Below are positions 53,868-63,774 of a DNA stretch of 64,000 nt, one piece after another. Every line of letters begins with the position of its first letter. Positions within the stretch are counted from its first letter, which is position 1. The stretch spans positions 1 to 64,000 of the forward strand of contig JAHIFQ010000004.1 in NCBI GenBank assembly GCA_018900835.1, given 5' to 3'. This DNA is from Patescibacteria group bacterium (GTDB lineage: Bacteria > Patescibacteriota > Minisyncoccia > Minisyncoccales > PEYH01). Below the pieces are notes generated by a model. It worked only from the letters and a program-made list of their open reading frames with translations. It was not told where the DNA came from and did no database searches. The translations under genes were made by a program, and so were the position numbers.

Positions 53868-55174
53868 TAAAAAGAATCCTAAAAAAGATTTTTCCGCAAT
53901 TTCTTCTGAACTGGTATTACCAGTTTTTTCCTCTATTAGGCGCTGTTTTATATAGATTCCCGTCAAGAAAAATAGTGGTGGTTGGAGTGACTGGAACTAA
54001 TGGAAAATCCACGACAATTCAGCTAATTTCGGATATTCTAAGGCAAGCGGGATTTATGGTTGCTTCGCTTTCTTCAATTCGTTTCCAAATAGGAGATAAA
54101 ACAAGACAGAATAAACTTAAAATGACAATGCCGGGCCGGCTTAAGATGCATCATTTTTTAAGACAAGCGGTAAATAAAGGATGTCAATACGCTGTGCTGG
54201 AGGTAACATCTGAAGGAATCAAGCAGTTTCGTCATAAGTTTATCAATTTTGACGCGGTGATTTTCACCAATTTAGAGAAAGAACATATTGAATCCCATGG
54301 TTCATTTGAAAAATATCAACAAGCCAAAGAAAAGTTGTTCCAAGTCCGCGGGATTAAGAGCTCTATAGTTAATTTAGACGACAGGTATGCCAATGGTTTT
54401 CTGAAATTTCCAATTGAGGAGAAATGGGGATATATGATAAAGCCAAAAGCCAAAAGCCAAAAACTAGAAACAGAAAGCCAAAAGCCAAAAACAGAAACAA
54501 AGGGAATAAATATTGTAAGCGGAGAAGCAATAAGATTATTTGATGACCATTCGGAATTTTCTGTAAAAGGACAGGGATTTTTCATTCCTTTGGTCGGAGA
54601 GTTTAATATTTATAACGCTCTGGCAGCTGTTTCTTTCGGGATGTCCCAGGGTATAGATTTAAATGTGATGGCAGAGGCCTTGAAGAAAACAGAATCTATT
54701 CCGGGTAGGATGGAATTCGTGATAAAAGAGCCGTTTAAAGTAGTGGTTGATTATGCCCATACGCCTAAAGCTCTTGAAAGCGTATATAAAACGCTTTCTA
54801 TGGGAAAACAGCAGAACGCAGAAAAGAAATTAATATGTGTTTTAGGTTCTTGCGGGGGCGGTAGGGATAAATGGAAAAGACCGGCTTTCGGGTCTTTAGC
54901 AGGCCAATATTGCGATAAGATTATTTTAACCAATGAAGACCCTTATGACGAAGACCCGATTCAAATTATTGAAGAAGTTGAGGCAGGCGTTCCCCAGAGC
55001 GCTAATTGCGAGAAGATTTTTGACAGACGAGAGGCGATTAGGAGGGCGCTGTCCTTAGCCAACCCCGGGGACACAGTGGCGATTACAGGCAAAGGGGGCG
55101 AGCCCTGGATTTGTGCGGCTGGAGGGAAAAAGATTTCCTGGGATGACAGGCAGGTAGCAAGAGAGGAAATGTAA
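53864..55174 (+). CDS. Mur ligase family protein (MurE-like) with in-frame heptamer-repeat-encoded KPKAKSQK linker
   Basis: VVGVTGTNGKSTT (Mur ligase P-loop), TNLEKEHIESHGSFEKYQQAK and C-terminal GKGGEPW. Confidence 0.7.
   Translation: MIKRILKKIFPQFLLNWYYQFFPLLGAVLYRFPSRKIVVVGVTGTNGKSTTIQLISDILRQAGFMVASLSSIRFQIGDKTRQNKLKMTMPGRLKMHHFLRQAVNKGCQYAVLEVTSEGIKQFRHKFINFDAVIFTNLEKEHIESHGSFEKYQQAKEKLFQVRGIKSSIVNLDDRYANGFLKFPIEEKWGYMIKPKAKSQKLETESQKPKTETKGINIVSGEAIRLFDDHSEFSVKGQGFFIPLVGEFNIYNALAAVSFGMSQGIDLNVMAEALKKTESIPGRMEFVIKEPFKVVVDYAHTPKALESVYKTLSMGKQQNAEKKLICVLGSCGGGRDKWKRPAFGSLAGQYCDKIILTNEDPYDEDPIQIIEEVEAGVPQSANCEKIFDRREAIRRALSLANPGDTVAITGKGGEPWICAAGGKKISWDDRQVAREEM
54441..54489 (+). repeat. 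Heptanucleotide repeats (AGCCAAA)x3 ... (AGCCAAA)x2 inside the Mur ligase gene
   Basis: agccaaaagccaaaagccaaa-aactagaaacagaa-agccaaaagccaaa. Confidence 0.8.
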
Positions 55175-55195
55175 TTTTTGAAATAATTTCTAAAT

Positions 55196-56632
55196 ATGGT
55201 TAAAGATGCATTCAAAAAAATAGACCAATATTTATGGGAATTACCAGCGTCTTTTAGGCAAGGAATGAGGGTGGGCGTTAGAATCTATTCTTCTGATAAA
55301 TTATGGGCGCAAATAGAAGAAGAGTCCTTAGAGCAATTGATGAATTGCGCTTTTTTGCCGGGAATTATTGGTTACGCTTTTGGTATGCCTGATATCCATT
55401 CTGGTTATGGTCCGCCGATTGGAGGAGTTGGAGCAATGGAGATAAGCCAAGGAGTAATTTCTCCTGGATTTGTAGGGTTTGACGAAAATTGTGGGGTGCG
55501 TTTGCTTAAATCGCAACTTAATCAAAAGGAGATTGAGCCATATTTAGAAAAGTTGGCAGACAGAATTGAAAAGGAAATTCCTTCGGGATTGGGCAGAGGC
55601 AGAAAAACAAAATTAAGCATTAACCAAATAAATAAAGTGCTTGATAATGGTGTGCCATGGTTAGTAGAGCAGGGTTATGGCGTAGAACAAGATATTGAAA
55701 ATTGTGAAGAAGGGGGATGTATGCGCGATGCTGATTCCGCATTCGTTTCAGACAGAGCAAAAAATCGCGGGAGAGACCAGCTCGGAACCTTGGGAAGCGG
55801 AAATCATTTTTTAGAAATTCAAACAGTGGAAGAAATTTATGACAAACAAGTAGCTGAAACATTTGGATTATTTACCGGACAAATAGTGGCAATGATTCAT
55901 ACTGGTTCGCGGGGTTTGGGACATCAGAATTGTTCTGATTATTTAAAATCTGCTTTACAAGCAATGCCAAAGTATAAGATTAGTGTGCCAGACAAGGAAT
56001 TGGCTTGCACCCCGTTTAATTCTCCAGAAGGTCAAAATTTTCTGAAAGCAATGTATGCTGTTTGTAATTTTGCTTGGGCAAATAGGCAGATTGTCACCCA
56101 TTATGCCCGCAAGGCGTTTAAGGAAATAATTGGCAATTCCAATGACCTTGTTCTTTTGTATGATGTGGCTCATAATATTGTTAAAATTGAGGAACACGAA
56201 GTTAATGGCGGAATTATGAAGTTAATAGTTCATCGCAAAGGTGCAACAAGAGCTTTCCCAGCTGGGCATTCCGGGATTCCGGAAAGATATAAGTCGGCTG
56301 GACAGCCGGTTCTTATCCCTGGTTCTATGGGAACATCTTCTTATGTCTGCGTGGGCACGGAAAAGTCAAAAGAGGCCTGGCATACAGTAAATCACGGGGC
56401 AGGGAGAGCAATGTCCAGGCATGCGGCAATTAACCAAATCAGGGGGGAAGATGTTGTTAATCACTTGCAAAAACAGGGAATTTTGGTAAAGTGTCATTCA
56501 GCGAGGAATATTGCCGAAGAAGCACCTTTGGCTTATAAAAATATTAATGATGTAGTAGATGTAGTTCAGGGAGCAGGGCTTGCCAGAAAAGTTGCTCGAT
56601 TGAAACCATTGGCAGTTATAAAGGGAGAATAA
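55196..56632 (+). CDS. rtcB: RNA 3'-phosphate/2',3'-cyclic-phosphate ligase RtcB
   Basis: GSGNHFLEIQ, HNHAG-equivalent VNHGAGR, the Cys/His metal ligands and the lysyl region. Confidence 0.9.
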   Translation: MVKDAFKKIDQYLWELPASFRQGMRVGVRIYSSDKLWAQIEEESLEQLMNCAFLPGIIGYAFGMPDIHSGYGPPIGGVGAMEISQGVISPGFVGFDENCGVRLLKSQLNQKEIEPYLEKLADRIEKEIPSGLGRGRKTKLSINQINKVLDNGVPWLVEQGYGVEQDIENCEEGGCMRDADSAFVSDRAKNRGRDQLGTLGSGNHFLEIQTVEEIYDKQVAETFGLFTGQIVAMIHTGSRGLGHQNCSDYLKSALQAMPKYKISVPDKELACTPFNSPEGQNFLKAMYAVCNFAWANRQIVTHYARKAFKEIIGNSNDLVLLYDVAHNIVKIEEHEVNGGIMKLIVHRKGATRAFPAGHSGIPERYKSAGQPVLIPGSMGTSSYVCVGTEKSKEAWHTVNHGAGRAMSRHAAINQIRGEDVVNHLQKQGILVKCHSARNIAEEAPLAYKNINDVVDVVQGAGLARKVARLKPLAVIKGE

Positions 56633-56635
56633 AAA

Positions 56636-56860
56636 TTGAAAAATTTTATGAATAAAAAATTAAATAAAAGCGCTCGCAAACATATCCGTCAGGAAAAAGC
56701 TCGTATTCGCCGGGGGACTTCAGATATTAGTAAAAGAGAAGATATGATTAAACAGTTGTATGCCAAATTTGATAATACAGCGCAAAAAGAGGTGGCTCCA
56801 AAGATATTGAAAAAATCAAAAACTTTAAAAAAACCTAAAACAGTAAAAGTTTCTGAATAA
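56636..56860 (+). CDS. Small basic protein, hypothetical
   Basis: 74 aa, K/R-rich. Confidence 0.25.
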   Translation: MKNFMNKKLNKSARKHIRQEKARIRRGTSDISKREDMIKQLYAKFDNTAQKEVAPKILKKSKTLKKPKTVKVSE

Positions 56861-57807
56861 TGAAAATACAAGACATTCATGATTTAGCAGTTCAGATGGC
56901 TATGACTGCTGACCTCCGAGGCAGAGAGGCAGTAGAAAAGTTTTTAAGCAAAAAACAGCGCGATTATGAAAATTTTTCTGAAAAAGAAAAACAGGACTTT
57001 GATTTAGAAATGCTTAAAAATCCATACTCTGATTCTCGCATTTTAAACATATCTGAAGACAAGGAAATAAAAAAGATTTTAATCGGTATAGATATAGACC
57101 CGGCCGAGCTTTTGATGGCAAAAGAAATTGGGAATATTGATTTGATTATTTCTCATCATCCATTAGGAAAAGCGTTAGCAACTCTTCATGAAGTAATGAA
57201 TCTCCAATGCGAAGTTCTTGCCAAATACGGAGTCCCGATAAATATAGCAGAGGGGCTGATGAGAGAGAAAATATCAGAAGTGGCCCGCGGCTTAAACAAG
57301 CCAAATTCTCAAAGAACAGTTGACGCAGCTAAGCTTTTGAAATCCAATTTAATCTGTCTCCATACTGTTTGTGATAATTTGGCAGCCGATTTCCTCAAAA
57401 AAATTGTTGAAAGCAAAAAACCGGAGACAGTGGGAGAACTGTTGGATATTATAGAAAAAATTCCCGAATATAAATTATCAATCAAAAATGGAATTGGACC
57501 CAAGATTTTTGTAGGCAAAAAAGACAGTCATTGCGGAAGAATCGCTTTTACAGAGATTACCGGAGGCACAGAGGGCTCGCCAAAGCTTTATGAAAAAATG
57601 GCGCAGGCAGGGGTTGGAACCATTGTAGGAATGCATGTTTCAGAAGAGCATAAAAGAGAAGCGGAATCAGCTCATATTAATATGGTGATAGCCGGACATA
57701 TGGCTTCCGATTCCCTTGGCGTGAATCTCTTTTTAGACGAATTGGAGAAAAAAGGGATTGAAATCGTGCCTTGCTCCGGCTTGATTAGGGTCTCCCGGAA
57801 TCAATAA
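56860..57807 (+). CDS. NIF3-like (YqfO/YbgI) dinuclear metal-centre protein
   Basis: IISHHPL and AGHMASDSLG correspond to the two NIF3 metal-binding blocks. Confidence 0.45.
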   Translation: MKIQDIHDLAVQMAMTADLRGREAVEKFLSKKQRDYENFSEKEKQDFDLEMLKNPYSDSRILNISEDKEIKKILIGIDIDPAELLMAKEIGNIDLIISHHPLGKALATLHEVMNLQCEVLAKYGVPINIAEGLMREKISEVARGLNKPNSQRTVDAAKLLKSNLICLHTVCDNLAADFLKKIVESKKPETVGELLDIIEKIPEYKLSIKNGIGPKIFVGKKDSHCGRIAFTEITGGTEGSPKLYEKMAQAGVGTIVGMHVSEEHKREAESAHINMVIAGHMASDSLGVNLFLDELEKKGIEIVPCSGLIRVSRNQ

Positions 57808-57953
57808 TCAATTATGTATGAAAAAATATTTTTCCAAACAAGCGAAAAAAGGAAAAGCAGGTAATACTGCTTTTAGAACTCCATCTCCCTTTATAGGCAG
57901 AAAGTGCCAAATAAAACGCAAAATAATCCAAGGAAAGTAAAATCAAGGCAGAT

Positions 57954-59555
57954 TTATTGCAGTTTTTTTATCATATAAGTTTGCTTCAGTCCATATCCTA
58001 ATTTTCTGTAATAACCCCTCACTCCAACTCCGGATATCACAGCGATATTTTTCAAGCCGAATTCTTTTTTAATAATTCTTTCTGCTTCCTGCATCAATTT
58101 TTTACCAAGCCCTCGGTGCTGGGGAGCTTTTATTTTTCGGGATATTGGCACTAATTTTCCGTAAGTGTGAATTTCCCTTACAATGCCTGAATTTTTTAGA
58201 ACAGGCAAAACAATCTCGCCAGGTATTCTTAACCGCAACAAGCTGTGGAGCAGAGTTCGGTTTTTATTCTCAAAACTTAAAAATATTTCTTTTCCATTAG
58301 ACGCTTCATAATCAGTTCGGAAAAGATATATTTTTTCTTTTGGATTGTAGTTGTCTTTAACTTCCCTGCACCTAATGCACTTACATTGCCATCCTTGCTG
58401 TTTTGATATTTTTTCTATCATCTGCCTTAAATTAGATGTTTTAGTTCCGCCCTGTATTATATATTGGGACGGAATATCCCTAATAATTCTTTGTATCCGA
58501 CAGTAATATGGGACTGTCTTTTTGATTGCGATTATGATTTCCAAAAGTTGTTTTTCTGTGTAGGGCTTATATTCTCGTTCTTCCCAGATATCATACAAAG
58601 GAGCTTCTCTTAATAATGCGCAGGGATATATTTTTAAATAATCAGGCCTAAAATCTGGATTTGAGAAAAGTTGTTCAAACATCTCAACATCCTTGTTCGG
58701 GTCAGACCCCAACAGGTTTGGCATCATCTGAAAACAAATTTTAAATCCAGCGTCTTTTAAGAGTTGAGTTGCCTTTATTGTTGCGTCAATATTATGCCCC
58801 CTTTTATTTATTTTTAAAATATTGTCATAGATGCTCTGAACTCCGAGCTCAACCCTGGTCATCCCAAGTTCCCTTAATCGTTTTATTTCTTTTTTATCAA
58901 TAAAGTCCGGTCTTGTTTCAATTGTAATTCCGATTATCCTGTGTCCCGCCTTTTCATTTTCTTTTTGTATTTGTTTTAGGTTTTTATTTTTTGCATGTGG
59001 TTTTGGCTTTTGGTTTTTTTGTTTTTGATTGTAGTTGTTCGCTCCCTTAAAACATTCTTTAATAAACCAATTTTGATAATTTTTCGGGTAAAACGACCAT
59101 GTTCCGCCGATAATTCTTAAATCAATTTTATCTGTTGGGTGGCCGATTGCCTCAAGCGCGCGAATCCGCAATTGAACTTGTTTATATGGGTTATATTCGC
59201 ATCTAATCGCCCTTGCCACTGCTGGCTCTTCTTTAAGATAGCTTTTCGGCGCATTAGCTTGGGAAGGGCAGTAAATACATTTTCCCGGACAAGGAAATGG
59301 TTTTGTAAGGACAGAAACAATAACTATCCCTGAAAGCGACCGGATTTTTTTAATCCGCAAAGCTTCCTCAATTTTCTGGCTTGGCCTTATTCTTTTATCT
59401 TTGATTAAGGTGTGATAAGCTTCTAATAATTGGGAGTTTGGAATCATTTTCGCGCTTTTTTTCTTGGAATAAGAACGCTTCAATGAACTCAAAATCTCGG
59501 GGCTTAAATCCTTTTCTTTAAAAAGAGCGATAATGATTTCTTTTGCCAATTCCAT
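57954..59555 (-). CDS. Elp3-family radical-SAM/GNAT protein (tRNA cm5U34 synthase homologue)
   Basis: Radical SAM CPGKCIYCP, a central Elp3 region and a C-terminal GNAT (HRGLGKKLMQEAERI..GVRGYYRKLGY). Confidence 0.8.
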   Translation of the reverse strand: MELAKEIIIALFKEKDLSPEILSSLKRSYSKKKSAKMIPNSQLLEAYHTLIKDKRIRPSQKIEEALRIKKIRSLSGIVIVSVLTKPFPCPGKCIYCPSQANAPKSYLKEEPAVARAIRCEYNPYKQVQLRIRALEAIGHPTDKIDLRIIGGTWSFYPKNYQNWFIKECFKGANNYNQKQKNQKPKPHAKNKNLKQIQKENEKAGHRIIGITIETRPDFIDKKEIKRLRELGMTRVELGVQSIYDNILKINKRGHNIDATIKATQLLKDAGFKICFQMMPNLLGSDPNKDVEMFEQLFSNPDFRPDYLKIYPCALLREAPLYDIWEEREYKPYTEKQLLEIIIAIKKTVPYYCRIQRIIRDIPSQYIIQGGTKTSNLRQMIEKISKQQGWQCKCIRCREVKDNYNPKEKIYLFRTDYEASNGKEIFLSFENKNRTLLHSLLRLRIPGEIVLPVLKNSGIVREIHTYGKLVPISRKIKAPQHRGLGKKLMQEAERIIKKEFGLKNIAVISGVGVRGYYRKLGYGLKQTYMIKKLQ

Positions 59556-59558
59556 ATT

Positions 59559-60260
59559 ATGAAAAAAGATTTTGCTGAATATTTATTGGATAAGACAAGG
59601 CAGGACTATGATGTGATTGCAGATGATTTTGATAAAAAGCGAGATTATATTCCTCCTGATTTTGCGATTTTACAGGACTATATTAATGAAGGAGACAAGA
59701 TTCTGGATTTAGGATGCGGAAATGGGCGGTTCAAGGAAGTGGTCGGGGATAATGTTGATTATCGCGGAGTTGATGTTTCCGGCGCCTTAATACGAATCGC
59801 TAAAGCCAAATATCCAGATGCCAAGTTTTTTGTCAGCAAGCCATTATCTCTGCCTTTTGAGGATAATTTTTTTGACAAAGTATTTTGCTTGGCTGTTTTC
59901 CATCATATCCCGTCAAGCGCTATAAGAAAAGAGTTTTTAAAGGAAGTGAGGCGGGTTTTAAGACCAGAAGGCAGGATTGTCTTAACTGTTTGGGATTTAA
60001 ATGATAACAAGAAAGCGAGACGACTTTTATTAAAATATATTTTGCTTAAATTAATAGGCAGAACAAAGCTTGATTTCAAAGATATTTTTTATCCTTGGAA
60101 AAACAGCGCTGGCAAGCTTGTTATAAACAGATATATTCATATTTTTTCAGAAAAGGAGTTGGAAAAGATTATTGAAAGCGCGGGATTTGTAATAAAAGAA
60201 AAAGGAATTTTAGAAAGAAGCAAAAAAGGAAAAAACATTTTCATAATCGCCCAAAAATAA
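59559..60260 (+). CDS. Class I SAM-dependent methyltransferase
   Basis: Motif I ILDLGCGNGRF and motif post-I DYRGVDVS. It is divergent from the Elp3 gene. Confidence 0.7.
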   Translation: MKKDFAEYLLDKTRQDYDVIADDFDKKRDYIPPDFAILQDYINEGDKILDLGCGNGRFKEVVGDNVDYRGVDVSGALIRIAKAKYPDAKFFVSKPLSLPFEDNFFDKVFCLAVFHHIPSSAIRKEFLKEVRRVLRPEGRIVLTVWDLNDNKKARRLLLKYILLKLIGRTKLDFKDIFYPWKNSAGKLVINRYIHIFSEKELEKIIESAGFVIKEKGILERSKKGKNIFIIAQK

Positions 60261-60290
60261 TTTTGGAAACCAGGTTTCCAAAATGATTTA

Positions 60291-60362
60291 GTCCCTGTGG
60301 TTCAATGGATAAAACACCTCCCTCCGGAGGAGGAAATGGCTGTTCGAATCAGCCCAGGGACA
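60291..60362 (+). tRNA. tRNA-Arg (anticodon CCG)
   Basis: Acceptor GTCCCTG/CAGGGAC, anticodon arm CCTCC-CTCCGGA-GGAGG, T-arm GGCTG-TTCGAAT-CAGCC, discriminator A. Confidence 0.8.
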
Positions 60363-60429
60363 CAAGATTCGAACCCTACCCCCGGAGCAATATTTGACAC
60401 AATCTTTGTAGTTAATATATAATAAAAAT

Positions 60430-60678
60430 ATGTTAACCCAAGAAGATATACAAAAAATAGCAGAAGTCTGTGCTACGAAAGAGGATATAAAAGAGATGAG
60501 AGAAGATATTAATGGGCTGAGAGAATCAGTACAATTTTTAGTAATTTCCGTAGATGGTTTAGTAAAAGCTATCTCTGATTTGAAGACAGAATATATTAGC
60601 ATAACTTCTCAAATAGATAGACACGATAAGTGGATTCAATTATTAGCCGAGAAATTAAATCTGAAGTTAGAATATTAG
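60430..60678 (+). CDS. Small coiled-coil protein, hypothetical
   Basis: 82 aa. It is followed by a 230-nt GC-richer untranslated region ending in the terminator AGAAGC-GAGA-GCTTCT + T8 (60888-60912). Confidence 0.25.
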   Translation: MLTQEDIQKIAEVCATKEDIKEMREDINGLRESVQFLVISVDGLVKAISDLKTEYISITSQIDRHDKWIQLLAEKLNLKLEY

Positions 60679-60968
60679 TTAAAGGACCACTATTTTAGTG
60701 TTTTTTTATTTTTATGAACGCATAAAATAATTCTAACATCGTCTAATCTGCGGAGCTGATAAAAACAATAGTGAGTGGCAGGGTGGAGTAGATTAGGGAG
60801 CAGTCAAAGTTGGTATCTCAAACCACTCTTTTGTGGTCTGCCAGTAGGTTCGAACGTCGTCCGCTTCCCGGAGCCAATGTGTACAGATAGAAGCGAGAGC
60901 TTCTGTTTTTTTTAAAAACTGTCACGGATGGAAAAATCTACAAAAATCAATTATTGAAATAATTTAGT

Positions 60969-62759
60969 TTATTTATTTCTGCTTGCCTTAGTTCTTCCGT
61001 TTTCGGTTAGAAATTGTTTTCTTAAACGAATGTTAAGTGGAGTAATTTCTAAGTATTCATCTTGGTTCATAATCCCAATGCCTTTCTCGAGCGTTAGTTT
61101 CACTGGAGGCGTTAAAGTAATTGCCTCGTCAGATCCTGAAGCGCGCATATTTGATAATTCTTTCCCTTTTGTTGGATTTACAGTTAAGTCATGTCCCTTC
61201 GCCGTGTTTCCAATAACCATTCCTTCATATACCTCTGTGCTCGGCTTAATATATAAAGTTCCTCTATTTTGAAGATTAAAAAGAGAGAACCCAAGAGTTT
61301 TTCCGGTTGCCATTGAAATCATTGACCCCATATCATTTTTTTTGATATCTCCAACATAGGGCTTAAATCCTATGATTTGAGCATAAATAATCCCTTCGCC
61401 TCTAGTATCAACTATAAATTCATTGCGATATCCAAGTAATCCCCTGACTGGAATCTCAAAAATAATTTTTACATTACTACGCTTGGACATTATTTTAATC
61501 ATTTTGCCGCATCGACTCGAAAGTTTTTTAATAACAGTTCCAGACATTTCTTTGGGCACAATGATGGTAACCTCTTCAAACGGTTCCAGCTTTATGCCAT
61601 CTTTTTCTTTGATAATTACATGTGGTTGTGATATTTGCATTTCATAACCTTCGCGACGCATATTTTCAAGCAGGATTGCGATATGCATTTCACCCCTGCC
61701 ATAGATTTTATAATAATCAAGAGCAGAAAAGTCAATTTTTAAACCAACATTAACCTCTAATTCTTTTATTAATCTTTTTTTAAGTTGGTTATTTGTGACA
61801 TATTTTCCGTCTTGCCCAGCAAACGGGGAGTTGTTTACCAATAAATTTAACGAGATTGTTGGTTCGTCAATACTAATAGCTGGCAAAGCTTTTTGTTCCA
61901 CATCCACGCAAATAGTTTCTCCAATAAATATATTAGGAAGACCGGCAATCATTATGATGTCTCCGGTAAAACCTTCTTCAATTTCTTTTCTTTTTAATCC
62001 CTCAAAAGTAAACAATTTTGTGATTTTGCCTTCACGAGTTTCACCCTTTATATCTTTAATGATTATATTAGAGTTGTTTTTTATTTTTCCTTCATAAATT
62101 CTTCCAATCGCGAGTCGTCCCATAAAGTTATCATAAGCAAGATTAAAGGGTTGCATGCGAAGAGGTTTATTTCTTGCTTTTTCATTGGAAGAGATAGATA
62201 CTTCTTTCAAAATTGTATCTAGGAGGGGAGTCAAATCTTTAGAATCATCATCTATCCCTATTTTGGCAATGCCATCTCGAGCGATAGCATAAATTGTAGT
62301 AAATTCCAGCTGTTCATCGCTTGCTTCTAAATCAAGGAAAAGCTCATAAATCATTTCTTGCACAATATCGGGTCTTGCTGCAGGCTTATCTATTTTATTC
62401 AGCACTACAATTGGTTTCAGTCCCAATTCAAGTGATTTTTTCAAAACAAATTTTGTTTGAGGCATTGGGCCTTCTTGGGCGTCAACTACTAAAATGACAG
62501 AATCTATAGAACGCAAAACACGCTCAACTTCTGAACCAAAGTCAGCGTGGCCTGGCGTATCCACAATATTTATCTTTGTATTCTTGTAATAAACAGAGGT
62601 ATTTTTTGAATAGATTGTCATTCCTCTTTCCTTTTCAAGAACATCACTATCCATGCTGTCCCCGATCTCTGACATTCCTGTTTGCCGCATTAATGCGTCA
62701 GTAAGGGCTGTCTTGCCGTGGTCAACATGAGCGATAATTGCAATATTTCTTATTTCCAT
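60969..62759 (-). CDS. typA: Translational GTPase TypA/BipA
   Basis: [22 protein letters not shown] and a C-terminal BipA-specific domain. Confidence 0.9.
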   Translation of the reverse strand: MEIRNIAIIAHVDHGKTALTDALMRQTGMSEIGDSMDSDVLEKERGMTIYSKNTSVYYKNTKINIVDTPGHADFGSEVERVLRSIDSVILVVDAQEGPMPQTKFVLKKSLELGLKPIVVLNKIDKPAARPDIVQEMIYELFLDLEASDEQLEFTTIYAIARDGIAKIGIDDDSKDLTPLLDTILKEVSISSNEKARNKPLRMQPFNLAYDNFMGRLAIGRIYEGKIKNNSNIIIKDIKGETREGKITKLFTFEGLKRKEIEEGFTGDIIMIAGLPNIFIGETICVDVEQKALPAISIDEPTISLNLLVNNSPFAGQDGKYVTNNQLKKRLIKELEVNVGLKIDFSALDYYKIYGRGEMHIAILLENMRREGYEMQISQPHVIIKEKDGIKLEPFEEVTIIVPKEMSGTVIKKLSSRCGKMIKIMSKRSNVKIIFEIPVRGLLGYRNEFIVDTRGEGIIYAQIIGFKPYVGDIKKNDMGSMISMATGKTLGFSLFNLQNRGTLYIKPSTEVYEGMVIGNTAKGHDLTVNPTKGKELSNMRASGSDEAITLTPPVKLTLEKGIGIMNQDEYLEITPLNIRLRKQFLTENGRTKASRNK

Positions 62760-62950
62760 AAAAATTAAAACCGCCTTTATAAAGCGGTAAAACAGCTTTA
62801 AATTATGCGAATCTCTATACTTTATTTATACTACAAAATTTTTAAAAGGTCAATCTCTTCCATTTTTTAAAATGGCGTTAACTCTGGTTTTTGACACTAT
62901 TTTTTATTATAATATACAAATATGGCAAGATTATTAAGAATAACTCTTCC

Positions 62951-63005
62951 AAAATTAGCTCAATATCCGGAGTAGGAGATAGCTGTTCGAATCAGCCAAG
63001 AGACA
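62951..63005 (+). pseudogene. tRNA-like fragment: D-arm-like TAGCTCAAT + 3' half (anticodon-loop TCCGGAG through T-arm GCTGTTCGAATCAGCC and acceptor 3' strand) resembling tRNA-Arg(CCG)
   Basis: TCCGGAGTAGGAGATAGCTGTTCGAATCAGCCAAGAGACA compared with tRNA-Arg TCCGGAGGAGGAAATGGCTGTTCGAATCAGCCCAGGGACA (33/40). No matching 5' acceptor strand is present. Confidence 0.4.
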
Positions 63006-63042
63006 CAACTAAATTAGAGATGTTTATTATTTTTGTTTAAAT

Positions 63043-63774
63043 ATGATCATAAGAGAGGTTCGGCCAAAAACCATTTTATCTAAATCCAAAATTTTCCCTT
63101 ATGTTATTAATCCATATGTTGGCTGTGAGCATAGTTGTTCGTATTGCTATGCTCGTTTTATGAAAAGGTTTACAGGATACAAGGAACCATGGGGCCAATT
63201 TGTTGATGTTAAAATTAATGCCCCTGATTTGTTGAGGTCGGAAGTTGGCAGGAAAAAACAAGACAAGGTTTGGATAAGCGGAGTATGCGACCCATATCAG
63301 CCAATAGAAGAGAAATACAAGCTTACGCGCCAATGTTTAGAGATATTGGCGTGTGCTGGCTGGCCAGTGGTGATTCAGACAAAATCCCTTTTAGTTTTGC
63401 GGGACATGGATATTTTGAAAAAAGGGAAAAATTTTGAGGTTGGTTTCAGTATTGCCACAGCTGATGATAGTGTTAGAAGAATTTTTGAACCTCAAGCCCC
63501 TCCAATAAAAGACAGAATTAGGGCGCTTGATAAATTGCATAGCGCTGGCATAAGGACCTATGTTATGATTGCGCCGATACTTCCGGGGACAGTAGGCCTT
63601 CCAGAAATGCTCGCAGGAAAAGTTGACTATGCGATAATTGATAGAATGAATTATCATTATGCTGATTGGGTATATTCGAAATACGGATTGGAAAACAAAA
63701 TGACTGACGACTTTTTTTGCCAGACAGAGCAGAATCTTTCTTCAACATTTGCGAAATTGGGAATCAGTTGTTGA
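63043..63774 (+). CDS. SPL/SplB-like radical SAM protein (DNA-repair photolyase family)
   Basis: The N-terminal INPYVGCEHSCSYCYA (CxxxCxxC) is typical of SPL-family radical SAM proteins. Confidence 0.65.
   Translation: MIIREVRPKTILSKSKIFPYVINPYVGCEHSCSYCYARFMKRFTGYKEPWGQFVDVKINAPDLLRSEVGRKKQDKVWISGVCDPYQPIEEKYKLTRQCLEILACAGWPVVIQTKSLLVLRDMDILKKGKNFEVGFSIATADDSVRRIFEPQAPPIKDRIRALDKLHSAGIRTYVMIAPILPGTVGLPEMLAGKVDYAIIDRMNYHYADWVYSKYGLENKMTDDFFCQTEQNLSSTFAKLGISC

Noticed and set aside
62951-63005. A complete second tRNA gene upstream of the SPL radical-SAM gene
   Set aside because: A T-arm and acceptor 3' strand are present and a D-arm-like TAGCTCAAT, but no complementary 5' acceptor strand or anticodon stem can be formed. 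It is treated as a tRNA-Arg-derived fragment rather than a gene.
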